Shown here in pieces: positions 62,566 to 64,000 of a stretch of DNA of 64,000 nucleotides. This stretch comes from Octopus sinensis (taxonomy: Eukaryota): contig NC_043001.1 of assembly GCF_006345805.1 (NCBI RefSeq), forward strand, positions 13,764,001 to 13,828,000. Reading direction: 5' to 3'. A model generated the notes under the pieces. It was not told the origin of the DNA, ran no database searches, and saw only the letters and a program-made list of their open reading frames with translations. Position 1 is the stretch's first letter, and every line of letters begins with the position of its first letter. The translations under genes and the position numbers were made by a program.

Positions 62566-63428
62566 TGTATTATTCTGTACATTCTACTTTTGATACTAAG
62601 TTTATACAAATTGTTTTGTTTGCTTGCTCATACAACCAGGCTCCAGATTTCTGTAATAATGGTAACAATAACAAACTGGATTCAATTTTCTTCCACAAAA
62701 AGTAGTAAGCAAAGTTGCAAATTAGTTTCCGAATTCACTGCCAATTTCAATGCGGTTAATACACATATATCTCTGATAACTTTCAATCACTATACTTGAA
62801 ATCTCTGAAGAAATACCATTTATTACGTTATATATCATTGTCAAAATGAATATATAAAATGATATATAACGGAACAGCCTGCTCGGGAAATTAACGTGCA
62901 AGTGGCTGAGCACTCCACAGATACGTGTACCCTTACCGTAGTTCTCGGGGAGATTCGGCGTGACACAAGGCTGGCCCTCTGAAATACAGGTACAACAGAA
63001 GCAGGGAGAGAGGAGGAGCGGAGAAAGTTGTGGTGAAAGAGTATAGCAGGGTTTGCCACAACCCTCTGCCGGAGCCTCGTGAAGCTTTAGATGTTTTGCT
63101 CAATAAACACTCATAATGCCCTATCTGGGAATCGAAAACGCGATCCTTCGATCGCGAGTCCTCTGTCCTAACCACCGGCCATTACGCCTCCACACTGCAA
63201 AATATAAGAATATGGTTTTCAACTCAGGACTGTTGGTTAGACTTCGAGTAATTCATAGTCAATAATTAAATTGATTCTTATTAGGTAATTAAAAGATCGA
63301 CAAGAAATACCGAATGTCTCTTTTGGGAAAATATCTTTTCTCCATTTGCCAGAATCATATAAATTAATCTATTCTTGAATTAAAATCTTCTATACAATCG
63401 CTCCTTTAGGTTGATTATTCCTGTGTCG

Positions 63429-64000
63429 GGATCCTAACCTTTTGACCTACAGATTTAAAAAATAATTTTTTTGTAACTAAACACTTTCAAACTTTGAACA
63501 CTGGTAGAATGTGTCATATAAAACATATTTTACTCTTAGCATTTTTGAGAAAAACTTATATTTACGAAGTTATTTCACGTTAAAGTTGTCCTATTTCGGT
63601 AATTTCAACCAATCAATGACGTGTATTCAGCTGAATAATGTTACTGCAGTTGTTTGTCAACAACAACTTCTTCTGGCGTTGTATATTTCGTTTGTCACTG
63701 TTATTTATGTTAACCCTAACCCTAAAACCTTAACCCTAACCCTAAAACCTTGACTCTTACCCTAAAACCTTAAAACCAGTACGAATGCACGAAAGATGCC
63801 ACAAATAACAGTGACAAATGAAATATACACCACCGATAGTTGTTGTTGACAAACAACGGCAGAAATTTTATTCAGCTGAATACACGTCATTGATTGGTTG
63901 AAATTACCGAAATACTACAACTTTAACGTGAAATAACTTCCTAAATATAATCTTTTCTCAAAAACGCTAAAAGTAAAAGATGTTTTATATGACACATTCT
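63429..64000. mobile_element. Fold-back / MITE-like element with long TIRs and central (CCCTAA)-like repeats, running off the window
   Basis: 63506-63706 pairs with 63803-64000. Single-arm relatives lie at 4631-4870(+) and 59840-59982(-). Confidence 0.8.

Noticed and set aside
63707-63802. True telomere or chromosome end
   Set aside because: There are only a few imperfect CCCTAA units, enclosed by transposon-like inverted arms.

Overview
AT-rich, repeat-dense, apparently non-coding animal genomic DNA. The SINE, microsatellite and Helitron content looks like an octopus (coleoid cephalopod) genome; this is pattern recognition, not a database result. No host protein-coding gene, rRNA, tRNA gene or CRISPR array can be supported, and most listed ORFs are microsatellite or repeat artefacts. 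The main feature is a Tx1-like (L1-clade) non-LTR retrotransposon on the minus strand (CCHC ORF1; APE endonuclease, RT and zinc-finger ORF2). It occurs as six copies in two head-to-tail clusters (11.5-12.9 kb, 16.8-29.2 kb), always joined to (GATA)n/(TA)n microsatellite. Two less obvious systems stand out. (1) The most abundant tRNA-derived SINE here shares its last ~42 nt (35/42 identical) with the 3' end of this LINE, has 13-20 bp TSDs and inserts as head-unit-unit multimers, suggesting a Tx1-dependent SINE/LINE pair. (2) Seven type I minimal hammerhead-ribozyme motifs from six unrelated short repeat families are present. All have palindromic helix III, and several lie in tandem or fold-back units next to microsatellites whose borders coincide with the predicted cleavage site (retrozyme or Penelope-pLTR-like). 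Also present: two other SINE families, two non-autonomous Helitron families, a deleted mariner, a MITE, a fold-back element, decayed LINE fragments and a 100-N gap with a ~1 kb contig overlap.
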